Shown in pieces: positions 1-12,010 of a DNA stretch of 64,000 nt; positions within the stretch are counted from its first letter, which is position 1; the number at the start of each line of letters is the position of its first letter. The position numbers and the translations under genes were made by a program. Under the pieces are notes generated by a model. The model was not told where the DNA came from. It worked only from the letters and a program-made list of their open reading frames with translations, and made no database searches. The DNA lies in the NCBI GenBank assembly GCA_963843575.1, contig CAWJKZ010000012.1, positions 1 through 64,000 on the forward strand, in the 5' to 3' direction. The DNA comes from an uncultured Acidobacteriota bacterium (GTDB lineage: Bacteria > Acidobacteriota > UBA6911).

Positions 1-2721
1 AGACCCGCTTGAAACCGAGTTTTTCGCAGACCCGCAGCATCTCGCGGTTGTCGGGCAGCACGTCGCCGACGATCCGGGCGAGCTTCTCCTCCTTCCCGAT
101 CTGTACGAGCCGCCGCAGGAGTTCCGTGCCGAGGCCGCAGCCCTGGCAGTTGTCGCTCACCACGATCGCGAATTCGCCTTCGTTGCTGGCGTGCATCTTG
201 ATCAGCCGGCCCACGCCGAGGATCTCGCGCGCGCCGGTCTGCGGGTCGCGGTGGTCGACCACCAGCGCCATCTCGCGGGCGTAATCGATAAAGCACATGC
301 GCTGGAGCCGCTCGTGGGCGACGCGCTGGTTGAGCCGCATGGGGTGGAAATAGCGGAAATAGACGCTGCGGTCCGAAAGGGTCTCGTGGAACCGCACCAT
401 CAGGGGCTCGTCTTCCGGGCGGATCGGCCGGATGGTCACCGCAGTCCCGTTTTTCATGGTCCAGGGGCCGACGTATTGCGCCGGGTAGGGGCGGATGGCG
501 AGTTTGGGAAGGTCTTCCTGGGTCGCGCCGGGTTCGTGCAGCACCACGCGGGCGTCGAGCGCGATCAGGCGCTCGCCGGACACGAGCAGCGGATTGATGT
601 CCATTTCCCTGATCCAGGCCTGCTCGGCCACGATCTGGCTGAACTGGACCAGCAGCTGCTCCAGGGCCGCGAGGTCGGCGGGGGGGCGTCCGCGCGCGCC
701 CTCGAGCGCGGCGAAGATCCGGGTCTGCTCCATCATGCGCCGGGCCAGGGTGGTGTTGAGCGGCGGCAAGGCCAGCGCGCGATCCCGGTAGACCTCGACC
801 AGCCGCCCCCCGGAACCGAACAGCAGCACCGGACCGAACTGGGGATCGAGGCTGCTGCCGACGATGAGCTCGTACCCGTCCAGCTTGACCATCGGCTGGA
901 CCGTGACGCCCAGGAAATGCTTCGCCCCGGCCTTCTGCCTGACGGCCGCCTTGATCGACCTGAAGGCGCGACGCACGGCGGGGGCGTTTCCCACATCGAG
1001 CACGACGCCGCCCACGTCGCTCTTGTGCGTGAGGGTCTCCGAGAGCAGCTTCAGGACCACGGGAAAGCCGATCTCGACGGCCGCCTTCACGGCTTCCGCT
1101 TCGCTCGAAGCGGCGCGCGTTTCCACGGTCGGGATGCCGTAGGCGGACAGCAGCCTCTTGGACTCGAGCTCGGTCAGCAGGGTGCGGCCCGCCCGGCGGG
1201 CCGCCTGGATCGTCTCCGTCGCCAGCGCGCGGTCCAGGGAGACCTCCACCGAATCGGGCAGCATCGGGGTCTCGTACAACCCGCGCAGGTTGTAGCTGTA
1301 ACGCCACATGTAGTGGAATGCCCGCGCGGCGGTGTCGGGGAAGCGAAAGGTCGGGATATTGGCCCGGTTCAGGATGCTCTCGCCCGCCGTGACGTCCGCC
1401 CCGCCCATCCAGCTCGCCAGTATCGGCTTACCTTCCAGCTTGGCGAAGGGCTTGAGTTCTTCCGCGGTGCGTGTCGGGTCGGTCATGGCCTGGGGGGTCA
1501 GGATGACGAGGAGGCCGTCGCTATTTGCGTCGCGGGCCGCGATCTCGACCGCTTTCGCGTAGCGTTCGGGTCCGGCGTCGCCCAGGATGTCTATCGGGTT
1601 GCTGCGGCTCCAGTGGGGGGGAGGAGGGCGTTGAGCGACTCGAAGGTCCCTCCCGAAAGCTCGCACAGTTCGCCGCCGCTCGAAATGAGGGCGTCGGTGG
1701 CCAGCACGCCGGGGCCGCCGGCGTTGGTCAGGATCGTCAGGCGCGGCCCCTTGGGGCGCGGCTGTTTCGAGAGCACCTCGGCCATGTAGAACAGGTCGGC
1801 GATGTTGTTCACCCGCAGCACGCCGCTGCGGCGGAAAGCGGCGTCGAGCACCTCGTCGCTCCCCGTCAGCGCGCCCGTATGCGAGGCGGCGGCGCGCGCC
1901 GCCGCTTCCGTCCGCCCCGCCTTGATGACGATGATGGGCTTGGTGAGCGCCACCTCGCGCGCCGCGGAAAGGAAAAGACGCGCGTCCCCGATGGACTCCA
2001 TGTAGATGACGATGCTGCGCGTCCGCGGATCGTCCCCGAGATAGTCGATCAGGTCGCCCCAGCCCACGTCCACCATCGAGCCGATCGAGATGAAATTGCT
2101 GAACCCAACCATCTCCTGCAGGCTCCAGTCGAGCACTGCCGTGCACAGCGCCCCGCTCTGACTGATGAAGCCGACGTTTCCAGGACGGGCCATCGCACCG
2201 GCGAAGGTGGCGTTGAGCCCCGTCAGCGGGCTCATTACACCCAGGCAGTTGGGGCCGATGACCCGCATCCTGCCCCGGCGCGCCTGCTCCAGGATCTGCG
2301 CCTCGAGCGCTTCCCCGGCATCACCCGTCTCCTTGAAACCGGCCGAGACGACGATCACCCCCTTCACCCCGGCATCGGCGCACTCGGACACGATCGCCGG
2401 CACCGTCTGGGCAGGCGTGCCGATCACGGCAAGATCCACCCGCTCCGGAACCGCGGTGATGCTCGGGTAGGATTTGATCCCAAGCACGCTTGAGCGCCGG
2501 GCGTTCACCGGGAATACGGTGCCGCCGAACGGGTTGCTGATCAGGTTCCAGAGGATCGTCCGCCCGACGCTTCCGGGGCTCTCGGTGGCGCCAATCACCG
2601 CCACGGTACGGGGCGAAAAAAACACCTTCAGCGGCTGCGTCTTGCGCCGCAGGATGTCGGACTGCTGGGTGGCCGCCGTCACATCCCCAAAGGGGCCCTT
2701 CGCGACATCGGTCTCGAGCAT
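1..2721 (-). CDS. Bifunctional acetate--CoA ligase (ADP-forming) family / GNAT acetyltransferase (Pat/YfiQ-like); 3' end runs off the window; frameshifted near 1600
   Basis: ORF 1591..2721 has VAVIGAT, GPNCLG, SQSGAL, SHTGAL and [12 protein letters not shown]. Downstream minus-strand frames give [12 protein letters not shown]-grasp GFPVVLK / [11 protein letters not shown] / DINPL, and GNAT GxGLGTELL. Confidence 0.88.
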
Positions 2722-2797
2722 GGATTCTCCTCTGGCGCAGGCTGCGGGTTTGGGCTGTCTCGGATCAAAGTATTATTCTACCTCACACGGATCGCTG

Positions 2798-2936
2798 TTG
2801 GGAGTGCGGCAGTTCGGCGCCGCCGCGCTTCGACATTGCAGGGGGCACTGCAATCCCGCATCCCGGTATGGCACCGGGGCGGGTGTTTCGACCGTGCGCG
2901 TAAGCACGAAGCAGCGCCGGCGCGCCGCACCCCAAA
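2798..2936. repeat. REP/REPIN-like inverted pair in a divergent intergenic region
   Basis: TTGGGAGTGCGGC...GCCGCGCTT at 2798-2830 and AAGCAGCG...GCCGCACCCCAAA at 2909-2936 are imperfect inverted copies with internal palindromes. Confidence 0.45.
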
Positions 2937-3007
2937 CGTCGTGCGGCGCCCCTGTGTTATACTGCAACTGCTTTCACGCCTTCCAATTCCACGGGGGACA
3001 AAACACC

Positions 3008-3977
3008 ATGCGCGTAGGATTGTTTACCACTCTTTTCGGCAGGGAGAGCCTCGACGACGTCATCCAGCGAGCCGCAAAACTCGGGATATCCGACCTGGAA
3101 ATCGGGACCGGCAACTATCCGGGCGACGCGCACTGCAGTCTCGGACTGTTGAACAACGCCCCCGCCCGGCGCGAGTTCCAGCAGAAGCTTGCCGACAACG
3201 GGATGCGAATCTCGGCCCTCTCCTGCCACGGAAATCCCCTCCACCCCGACAGGACCTTGGCCCGCGCCAACGACGAGGTGAGCCGCAGGACGGTGCAGCT
3301 GGCCGCGAAACTCGGGGTGTCGAGAAGGTGATCGAGTTCTCTGGGTGCCCGGGAGACTCCGAATCGTGCCCGGTATCCGAACTGGGTGACGTGCCCCTGG
3401 CCCGACGAGTATCTGAAGCTCCTGGCGTGGCAGTGGGAAAAGAAGGTGATCCCTTACTGGACGAAACGGAACAAGCACGCCGACGGACTACGGGGTCAAC
3501 ATCGCCCTGGAGATGCACCCGGGCTTCGTCGTCTACTCGCCCGAGACGCTGCTCAAGCTGCGCGCCGCCGCCGGGACGCGCATCGGCGCCAACCTGGACC
3601 CGTCGCACATGTTCTGGCAGGGAATCGATCCGATCCAGTCGGTCCGGCTGCTCGGCCAGGCGTTGTTCCACGTGCACGCGAAGGACACCAAGCTCTACCT
3701 GACCAACATGGCGACCGCCGGAGTCCTGGACCTCAAGCCGTACAGCGACGAGGTCCGGCGCTCGTGGCTGTTCCGGACCGTGGGTTACGGCCACGGCTCG
3801 GAGTGGTGGACCGATTTCGTTTCCACCCTTCAGATGGTCGGCTACAACGACGTGCTCTCGATCGAGCACGAGGACAGCCTCATGGCCGTCGAGGAGGGAC
3901 TCGGCAAGGCCGTCTCCTTCCTGAACTCGGTCCTGATAGGCGAGAAACTCGCCGGGATGTGGTGGGCCCAGGCTTAG
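3008..3977 (+). CDS. Sugar phosphate isomerase/epimerase (xylose isomerase-like TIM barrel, IolE/IolI-like); frameshifted near 3320-3500
   Basis: MRVGLFT...LEIGTGNYPG, SALSCHGNPLHP, EMHPGF, NLDPSH, HVHAKD and SIEHED motifs across ORFs 2474..3331, 3386.. and 3513..3977. Confidence 0.88.
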
Positions 3978-4059
3978 TACTCGTGTTCGGAAATGTGCTG
4001 ACTTCTGCAGGACGCTGATTTATGCGGATTTACGCGGATGCACGCGAGTTTCCGCGTCC
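3975..4059 (+). repeat. Dispersed GCGGAT-periodic repeat, copy 1
   Basis: TAGTACTCGTGTT...CAGGACGCTGATTTATGCGGATTTACGCGGATGCACGCG; begins at the stop codon of the upstream gene. Confidence 0.7.
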
Positions 4060-4127
4060 AGGCTGGATTGAACCTTCGAGAGACGCGGGACATCTATGGG
4101 TAATGCAGTTCCTGGGAGGCTAACTCT

Positions 4128-4937
4128 ATGAGAACGACGAAATCACTGATCTCGTGCCGTCGCGATTTCGCTGCCTGGCGCTTGCGACCACCATGACGCC
4201 GCCGCGCAGGACGTCCGTCCTCCCGTCCAGCCGGATCCCGAGATCGTCGTGCCGGAAGGGACCGTTCTGCCGATCGCCCTGTCGACATTCATGAATTCGC
4301 GCAGCAGCACGGTCGGAGACAGTTTTTATGCGGAGACCGTTTACCCCGTCTGGATCCAGCAGAGGCTGGCCATCCCGCGCGGTTCGCTCGTCAAAGGGAA
4401 CGGTGACACAGGTTTCCCGGCCGGGCAGGGTCCGGGGCAAGGGACGCATGGCGATCCGCATCGACTCGGTCCAGCTGCCCAACGGGGTACGCGGCCCCTG
4501 ATCGCTTCGTTCCGCGGCCTGCACGGGCCGGGCAACGAGAAGATGGACGAGAAGAAGGAAAACATCGAGATGGACTCGTCCAAGGGCACCGACACCGGTC
4601 AGGTCGTCGGCACCGCCGGCGAGGGCGCCATCATCGGTGCGATCGCCGGGGGCGGTTCGGGTGCCGGCATAGGTGCGGGCGCGGGAGCGGCGGCCGGGCT
4701 GGCCCGGTCCTGTTCACCCGCGGGCGTGAGCTCGTCCTGGAACCCGGGACCCAGTTCGACCTCGAACTGAAGCAGCCGCTGCGCTTCGCCTACGGCGAGC
4801 TCGACTTCACGACACAGGAAATGGACGGGGGCCGCAGGATACCGCAACCGAGGCGGACGGACCGCAACCAGGAAAACGGGCCCTTTTCCCCGGGCCGCCG
4901 CGGCATCGGCCTCCCCTGGCCCCTCCTGTGGCCCTGA
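4128..4937 (+). CDS. TrbI/VirB10-like secreted protein with glycine zipper; frameshifted
   Basis: Signal-like start after GGAGG; VPEGTVLPIAL, VGDSFYAETVYPV, IPRGSLVKG, GAIIGAIAGGGSGAGIGAGAGAAAG, then RGRELVLEPGTQFDLEL in a shifted frame. Confidence 0.65.
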
Positions 4938-5022
4938 ACCGCATTCAAGCCTCCGATGTGAGGTCTCGGGCCCGGCGTCACCTGTTCCGGACCCGGCACG
5001 CGATGTGGTAGGCTCTCCATCC

Positions 5023-6293
5023 ATGTCGAACGCCGCTGATATCCGGTTGCTCTATCTCCGTGAACTGCGCTCGGCGTTGCGCGAGCGCAACATCGTCATA
5101 AACAGCATCCTGCTGCCCATCTTCCTCTACCCGCTGCTGCTGTGGCTCGTCTACACAGGCATCTCCTTCGTCGGTGGCCAGACCGAGGGCTTCACCTCGC
5201 GCGTCGCGCTTCGAAATCTCCCGTCCGAACACGCTAAATTCAAGACCGACCTCGAGAAGGACGAGCGCATCGTCCTGAAAGACTCCGCGCGGCCGGTCGA
5301 AGAGATCCGCAACGGGGACCTCGACCTGCTGCTGGAGTTCGAGCCGGCTGCGGGTTCGGGGCTTCGGACGAACTGCGTCGTCCGCATGACGTACGACAAT
5401 TCCAGCGACCGGAGCGAGTTGGCCCAGAACCGGGCCGAGGAGAAGCTCGCGCGCTACCGCATGGGTTTCGTCACCGCGGAAGCGGCGAAACTCGGCCTCT
5501 CCGCTGCAGCAGCTGCAGCTGTTCGTCGTCGAAGGCCGCAACAGGGCTTCGAACCGGGAGATGAGCCAGTTCATCCTCGGCATGATGCTTCCGCTGTTTC
5601 TCGTCATCATGCTCGCGGTCGGATGCATGTTCCCGGCCATCGACAGCACGGCAGGCGAGCGGGAAAAATCCACCTGGGAAACCTTGATGACCCTGGCGAC
5701 GCCCCGCAGCAACATCGTCGTCGCCAAGTACCTTTACGTCGCCACGATGGCATGTCTGGCGGGGCTGCTGAACGTGACGGCGATGATCCTCTCGATGAAG
5801 GCGGTCCTGGCGCCGCTGCTGGGGAGCGACGCGGCGGAACTGACCTTCCGTATCCCCCTGGCCGCCATCCCCGTCATCCTGCTCGTGACGGTACTGCTGG
5901 CCCTGTTCGTGTCGGCCGGCATGATGATCCTGGCGTCGTTCGCCAGGACGTTCAAGGAGGGGCAGTCCCTCGTCAGCCCCTTCTACATCTCGGTGTTCCT
6001 GCCCGTGATGTTCCTGCAGGTGCCGGGGCTGGAGCTCACCCCGGTGCTCGCCACTGGTTCCCATAGTAAACGTGGCCCTGGTCTTCCGCGAAGCTGTTAC
6101 GGGCGTATTCCGCTGGCCGCTGATCGGGTTGACCGTGCTGGTGGAGGCGGTGACGGTGGCACTGGCGCTCTGGCTGGCCGCCACCATTCTGCGCTACGAG
6201 GATTTCGTGGTCGGCAGCTATGGCGGCAAGCTGTCGAAGTTCGTGAAAGAAAGGCTCCTGCGAAGCAGCAAGCCGCCCGGAGGCCCGCGATGA
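5023..6293 (+). CDS. ABC transporter permease (NatB/ABC-2 type); frameshifted near 5510 and 6060
   Basis: LYLRELRSALRER, AIDSTAGEREKSTWETLMT and FARTFKEGQS motifs; several TM segments; stop overlaps the next start (ATGA). Confidence 0.85.
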
Positions 6294-7036
6294 ACGAACC
6301 GGTGGTGGTGCAAAACCTGGCCAAGACCTTCTACGACGAAGGGCGGGGGGAGGTGCGGGCGGTGTGCGGCATCGATTTCGTGTGCCGCTCCGGCGAGATC
6401 TTCGGCCTGCTGGGGGCAAACGGAGCAGGAAAGACCACGACGCTCCGCATGCTGTCCACCATCCTCAAACCGACCGCGGGCACCGCGACCGTGCTCGGGC
6501 ACGAGGTGGGCTCCGACCCGGCATCGGTCCGAAAGTCGATCGGATTCTACTCGGCCTCCACAGCCTTGTATCCGAGGCTCACGGCGCGCGAGACCATCGA
6601 GTTTTTCGCCCTGATCAACCAGTACCCGCGGGAGCGCGTGGCCGCGCGCGTCGAGCAGCTGATCGAACGCTTCGGGATCGCGCGGTACGCTTCGTCCCGG
6701 GTCGAGAAACTCTCGACGGGCATGAAACAGAAGGTGTCGATCGCTCGCACCGTCGCCCACGACCCTCCTGTCCTGATCTTCGACGAACCGACCGTGGGAC
6801 TCGACGTCCTCAACGCCATCGAGATGCAGGACGTCATCCGCGAATTCCGCGCGCAGGGGAAGACGATCATCTTCTCTACCCACGTCATGAGCGAGGCGGA
6901 GAAGCTCTGCGACCGCATCGCGGTCATCCACGACGGGCGCATCCTGGCGTGCGACACGCTCGAGGGGTTGCGCGAGATGACGGGCGCGCACTCGCTCGAA
7001 GACATCTTCGTGCACTTTGTCAGGGGCCGCGGATGA
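6290..7036 (+). CDS. ABC transporter ATP-binding protein (NatA-like)
   Basis: Walker A GANGAGKTT, signature LSTGMKQK, Walker B LIFDEPT, H-loop STH. Confidence 0.93.
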   Translation: MNEPVVVQNLAKTFYDEGRGEVRAVCGIDFVCRSGEIFGLLGANGAGKTTTLRMLSTILKPTAGTATVLGHEVGSDPASVRKSIGFYSASTALYPRLTARETIEFFALINQYPRERVAARVEQLIERFGIARYASSRVEKLSTGMKQKVSIARTVAHDPPVLIFDEPTVGLDVLNAIEMQDVIREFRAQGKTIIFSTHVMSEAEKLCDRIAVIHDGRILACDTLEGLREMTGAHSLEDIFVHFVRGRG

Positions 7037-9206
7037 ACTGGCACACCGTCGGTGTCCTCCTCGCCCACGAACTCCGGATGCTCCTGCGCGACCGGCGCAC
7101 GGTGGTCCTCGCCATCGCGCTGCCGCTCGTGACCATCCCGCTGATCCTGTTCGCCTCCAAGACCATGAGCGAGCGGCAGGGAGCGCACGCTGCGCGAGAC
7201 GACGATACCGCTACGCCGTCACCGGCTCGGACCAGGCACGGCTCCGCGCCATAATCGCCGGGGCGGGACCGATGCTGCAGCGCGAGCCCGGCGCCCGACG
7301 AAGGCGGCTCGGAGGACCTCAGGGACTTCAAATTCAGCGAGGTCCGGGTGCCCGACCCCGCCGCCAGCCTGCGCGACAAGGACATCCACTTCTACCTCGA
7401 GGCGCTGGGCGGCGACGAGGCGGATGCGCTCGCGCGCAACGCGCTCGGCGCCGCCGAAGCCTGCGGGGGGAGCTTCCCGGCCGCAGGAGGAGACGGTGCG
7501 GCTCAAGGGCGTTCCGGTCGTGCGCATCCATTACCGCGGCGACCGCGACCTCTCGCAGGCGGGGCGGGCGAAGATGCGCGCGCTGCTGGAACGGACGCGG
7601 ACGGAGCAGGAGAGGACCCTGCTCGAGTCGCGCGGCTTTGCCGCCGATCCCGGCCAAGTCCTGCCGCTCGAGCGCGACAGGCTGGCCACCCCCAGCCAGG
7701 TCGCGGGCTCGCGCATCGGCCGGCTCCTGACCGTGTTCCTCGTGATGTTCCTGTTGAGCGGAGGGTCCGTCGTCGCCATGGACATCGTCGCCGGGGAGAA
7801 GGAACGCGGCTCGCTGGAGACCCTCCTGACCACTGCCGCGGGAAGAGGCGAGATCGTGGCCGCGAAGCAACTCGCGATCTTCATCGTCGGCCTCGATCAG
7901 CACCCTGATACAGCTGGCCAACATGGCCTTCGCCTTCCGGATCGTGGAGATGCCCCGGGACTACGTGTACCACGCGTCCCCCCTCGCGCTCGCCGACCCT
8001 GTTCGCGCTCTTCATCCCCGTCGCGGCCTTCATAGCCTCCGTGCTCCTCATGATTTCCGCGTATGCAAAGTCCTACAAGGAGGCCCAGCTGTACTTCTTC
8101 CCCGTCTACCTGGTGAGCCTCTTCCCCTCGGTCGCGGGGGTCCTGCCGGGCATCCGGCTGCGCTCGGCCGTGGTGGCGGTGCCGCTGGCGAACGTCAGCG
8201 TCGCGGTGAAGGAGATCATGGTCGACAAGTTCGACTGGCCGATGATCGCCCTGGCGTTCGCGGTGATGTCCGGGGCCGCGCTCTGGACCCTGCGCGGCGT
8301 CGGCCGGGATGCTGGGACAGGAACGGCTGATCACCTCGAGCGAGTCGGACGCGGCAGACCTGGCCGGCGGGGCGGCGCTGTTCCCCAGGCACGTGCTGAG
8401 GTGGTACGCCGTCATGGGGGCGGTCCTCCTCGCGGTCGCGGTGAACGTTCCCCAGCTGGCCGCCTTCCGCGCCCAGATCCTGTTCAACGAACTCGTCGTG
8501 TTCCTCGGCGGGGCCCTGCTCATGATCCGGGTTTACCGGCTCGACGCACGGGAGGCTCTGAGCCTGAGGCACGTCAACCCGGCCGTGTGGCTCGGCAGTC
8601 CTGCTGATCATCCCGTCGGGAAACCTGGTCGGCGTCGCGGTCTTCCGTCTCGCCGACCTGATCATCCCCGTGCCCAGGCAGATGCTCGAGCAGTTCGGCC
8701 GGGAACTCCTCCCGAAGGACATCCCCCTCTGGCAGTTGTTCCTGTTCATCGCGGTGCTGCCGGGCATCTGCGAGGAAATCGCCTTTCGCGGAACGCTTCT
8801 GTACGGGCTGAGGCGCCGTCTGCGCCCGGTCCCGCTGGTGCTGGCCGTGGGCGTGATCTTCGGCCTGTTCCACGTGGCGCTGTTCCGGCTCATCCCGACC
8901 GCCTTCATGGGCGTTTTCCTCACCGTCATCGCCCTCCTGACCGGATCGATCTTCCCGTGCATCGTCGCCCACGCCGGCAACAACGCCCTGGCACTCTGGG
9001 TCAGCCAGGCCAAGGTACCGCTCGACAACCGGCCGTGGTGGGTCTACGCGGCGGCCGCCTGCGCGTTCGCCGCGGGCTTCTGGATTCTGTACCGGACCCG
9101 ACCGAAAAGCCCTCGATCGGAGTACGTTGATCCCGCTCACCCCCTGCGTGACGGGCCGCGGTCTGTTCAGGCCCCCGAACAGGCCGCGAACAGTGGTCCC
9201 GCCTAA
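7033..9206 (+). CDS. ABC permease (NatB-like) fused to a CPBP/Abi (CAAX) intramembrane protease; several frameshifts
   Basis: HELRMLLRDRR, AGEKERGSLETLL and YAKSYKEAQ in the permease part; C-terminal EEIAFRG, FGLFH and HAGNN are the CPBP motifs. Confidence 0.82.
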
Positions 9207-9241
9207 AATGCAGGTTGATTCTGCTGTCTGGCTCGGTAAGA

Positions 9242-11750
9242 ATGACGCCCATGGATTCTGCACTTATCATGCGTATCGCCCAGGACGTGGGCCTGCGTGA
9301 GAACTCGGTTGCCGCCGCCCTCGCGCTCTTCGAACAGGGTGCGACCGGTCCGTTCGTAGCCGCCTACCGCAAGGAAACCACCGGCGGCCTTGACGCGGTC
9401 CAGGTAAGGGCGATACAGGAACGAGCCTCGTACTACAAGGAAGTGCAGGACCGGCGGGCCTCGCTGGTCAAGCTGCTGACCGAGCAGAAGAAGCTCACCG
9501 ACGAGCTGCGCGCCAGGATCGAAGGCTGCTACACGCGGGTGGAACTCGACGACCTGCACAACCTGTTCCGGCCGCGGCGGCGTACGCGGGCCGCCGAGGC
9601 GATCGAGAAGGGCCTCGAGCCCCTCGCCGAATACCTGTGGAACCAGGAGCCCGACGCCTGGAGCCTCGAGGAGCACGCGGACGTATTCATCGATCCCGCG
9701 AAGAACGTGGCATCGCGCGAGCAGGCGTTGCAGGGCGCCTCCGACATCGTGGCGGAGTGGATTTCGGAGAATCTCGACATCCGCAAGTCGCTCCGGGAAA
9801 CGCTCTGGAAAGAGGGCGCGCTGGTTTCGACCGTCGTGCCGGCGAAAACGGGCCAGCGAACCAAGTACAACATGTATTACGACCGGCGCGAACCGGTCGC
9901 GACGGTGCCGTCCCACAGGGTGCTGGCCATCCGGAGGGGCACAAAGGAAGGGGTCCTCACATCGGCCATCGAAGGGGACATCGCCAAGGCGACCGAGTTC
10001 GTTGTCGCCACGGTGGTGCGCGACCGGGAGTCCCCGTTTGCCCCCATCCTGGAAACGGTGGCGCGCGACAGCTACAACCGCATCCTGCGGCCCCTGATCG
10101 AAACCGAGGTCCGCGCCCAGCTCAAGGAGCGCGCGGACCGGGAAGCCATTCGCGTGTTCCAGGAGAACCTGGCCAACCTTCTCCTGTCCCCGCCGGCCGG
10201 CCCGATGGTCGTGCTCGGGATCGATCCCGGGAAAGGGGAAGAGTGCAAGGTGGCCGTGGTGGATGCGGGCGGCAAATTCCTCGAGGAAGCGACCGTCAGC
10301 CCGTTGCCCCCCAAGAGCGACGTCGAGGGGACGCGCACGACGCTGCGCGAGCTGCTCGCGAAACACGCGGTGCAGGCCATTGCGCTGGGGACCGGGGCCG
10401 GCGCGCGCGAAATCGAAACCATCGTGCGCGACTTCCTGGTCGAGGAGAAGCTGGACCAGATACTCATCGCCTCCGTCAACGACGCGGGGATCGCAATCTA
10501 TTCGTCTTCGAGGGTCGCCCGCGAGGAATTCCCGGAACTCTCCATCGCCACCCGCTGCGCCATCAGCCTGGCGCGCCGGCTCCAGGACCCGCTCGGCGAA
10601 CTCGTGAAGATCGACCCGAAGCTGATCGGCGTCGGACAGTACCAGCACGACGTCGATCAGAAGGAACTGCACCGCGGGCTGCTCCACACGGTCCAGTTTT
10701 GCGTCAACAGCGTCGGGGTGGACGTCAACACCGCCGGCCCTTCCCTGCTCCGCTACGTCTCCGGGCTGAACGACAAGCTCGCGCGGCGCATCGTCGGCCA
10801 GCGCGCCGAGGGCCCGTTCAAGACCCGCGAGGCGCTGCGCACCGTCCCCGGCGATCGACGACACGGTCTACCAGCAGGCCGCCGGGTTCATCCGGTTCCG
10901 CGAGGGCGAAAACCCGCTGGACCGCACCGCGGTCCACCCGGAGTCGTACCCCACGGTCGAGAAGATGGCCGCATCGCTCAACGTCGCCGTCGGCGACCTG
11001 ATCGGGAACAAGGAACTGGTCCTGGGCCTGAAGCTCGACGATTTCGTCGCCGACGGGATCGGGCTGCCCACCCTGACCGACATCCGGGAAGAGTTGCTGC
11101 GGCCGGGCCGGGACCCGCGCCGGACGTTTACGCTCCCCAAGTTCCGGTCCGATGTCCGGCAGATCGGCGATCTCAAGGAGGGGATGACTCTCGAAGGGAC
11201 AGTCACGAACGTCACCAACTTCGGAGCGTTCGTCGACGTCGGTGTGCACCAGGACGGTCTGGTCCACCTGAGCCAGATGTCCAACCGCTTCATCCGTGAC
11301 CCGCGTGAAGCCGTCAAGGTGGGCGACGTCGTCCAGGTGAAGGTGATCTCGGTCGAGGCCGAGACCAAGCGCATCGGCCTGTCGATGAAGGCTCTGCTGC
11401 CTGCCGTCCCGCGCCGGCGCAAGAAGCCGCGCCGCGCGACACCCGCGGTCGGACTCGCCGCGGCACCCGCCAATCCCGGCGCACCTGCGGGCGAGCAACT
11501 CGTCACCGCCGCGGAGAACTCCGGAAACCCGGAGCGCCCGCGCGGCCCGCGGCCTCCGCGACGCGACCCGCGCCGGATGCGCGACCCCCGCAGGCCCGCA
11601 CCCGAGCGCCGCCCCGAAAGGCCCATCCCGCAGGAACCGAAGCTCGTCGCCGAAGAGGCGCCGCCCGAAGACACCGGACCCAAGCCCCCCGAACCCACCC
11701 TGCAGGAGAAAATCGCCGCCCTGCAATCCAAGTTTCGCGGCATCAGTTAG
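9242..11750 (+). CDS. tex: Tex family RNA-binding transcriptional accessory protein; frameshift near 10850
   Basis: YRKETTGGLD, SHRVLAIRRG, LGIDPG, ARRLQDPLGELVKIDPKLIGVGQYQHDV, LDRTAVHPESY and S1 domain GTVTNVTNFGAFVDVGVHQDGLVH. Confidence 0.93.
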
Positions 11751-11831
11751 CAGCTTCCGGTTTGCCGAAAGAGCTCTGCCTCGAAACCACAAAATCCCGC
11801 CCGAGCGACCGGCCCCAAAACAAGAATGTAA

Positions 11832-11881
11832 TTGACACTACTTGGTTTATGGTGGCAAATTGTCGAAAGACCCATTTGCCA
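11832..11881 (+). promoter_or_regulatory. Putative sigma70 promoter with an overlapping inverted repeat, upstream of the TonB receptor
   Basis: TTGACA at 11832-11837 in an AT-rich gap; TGGCAAAT-N13-ATTTGCCA (11853-11881) overlaps the expected -10 region. Confidence 0.4.
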
Positions 11882-12010
11882 ATTCGCTGGAAACAGGTTC
11901 CGAATCCGTGATCCCACACGGAGGATGGGATCCTTTCACGACTATCCCAACAGCGTCATTCGTGGCCTCTGTCAAGCTGTAATCCTTGGATCGTTACTGG
12001 AGGCAGCATT

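Noticed and set aside
4128-4937. Type IV secretion or conjugative element suggested by the TrbI/VirB10-like gene
   Set aside because: No VirB4, VirD4, relaxase, pilin or integrase in the window; the gene stands alone.
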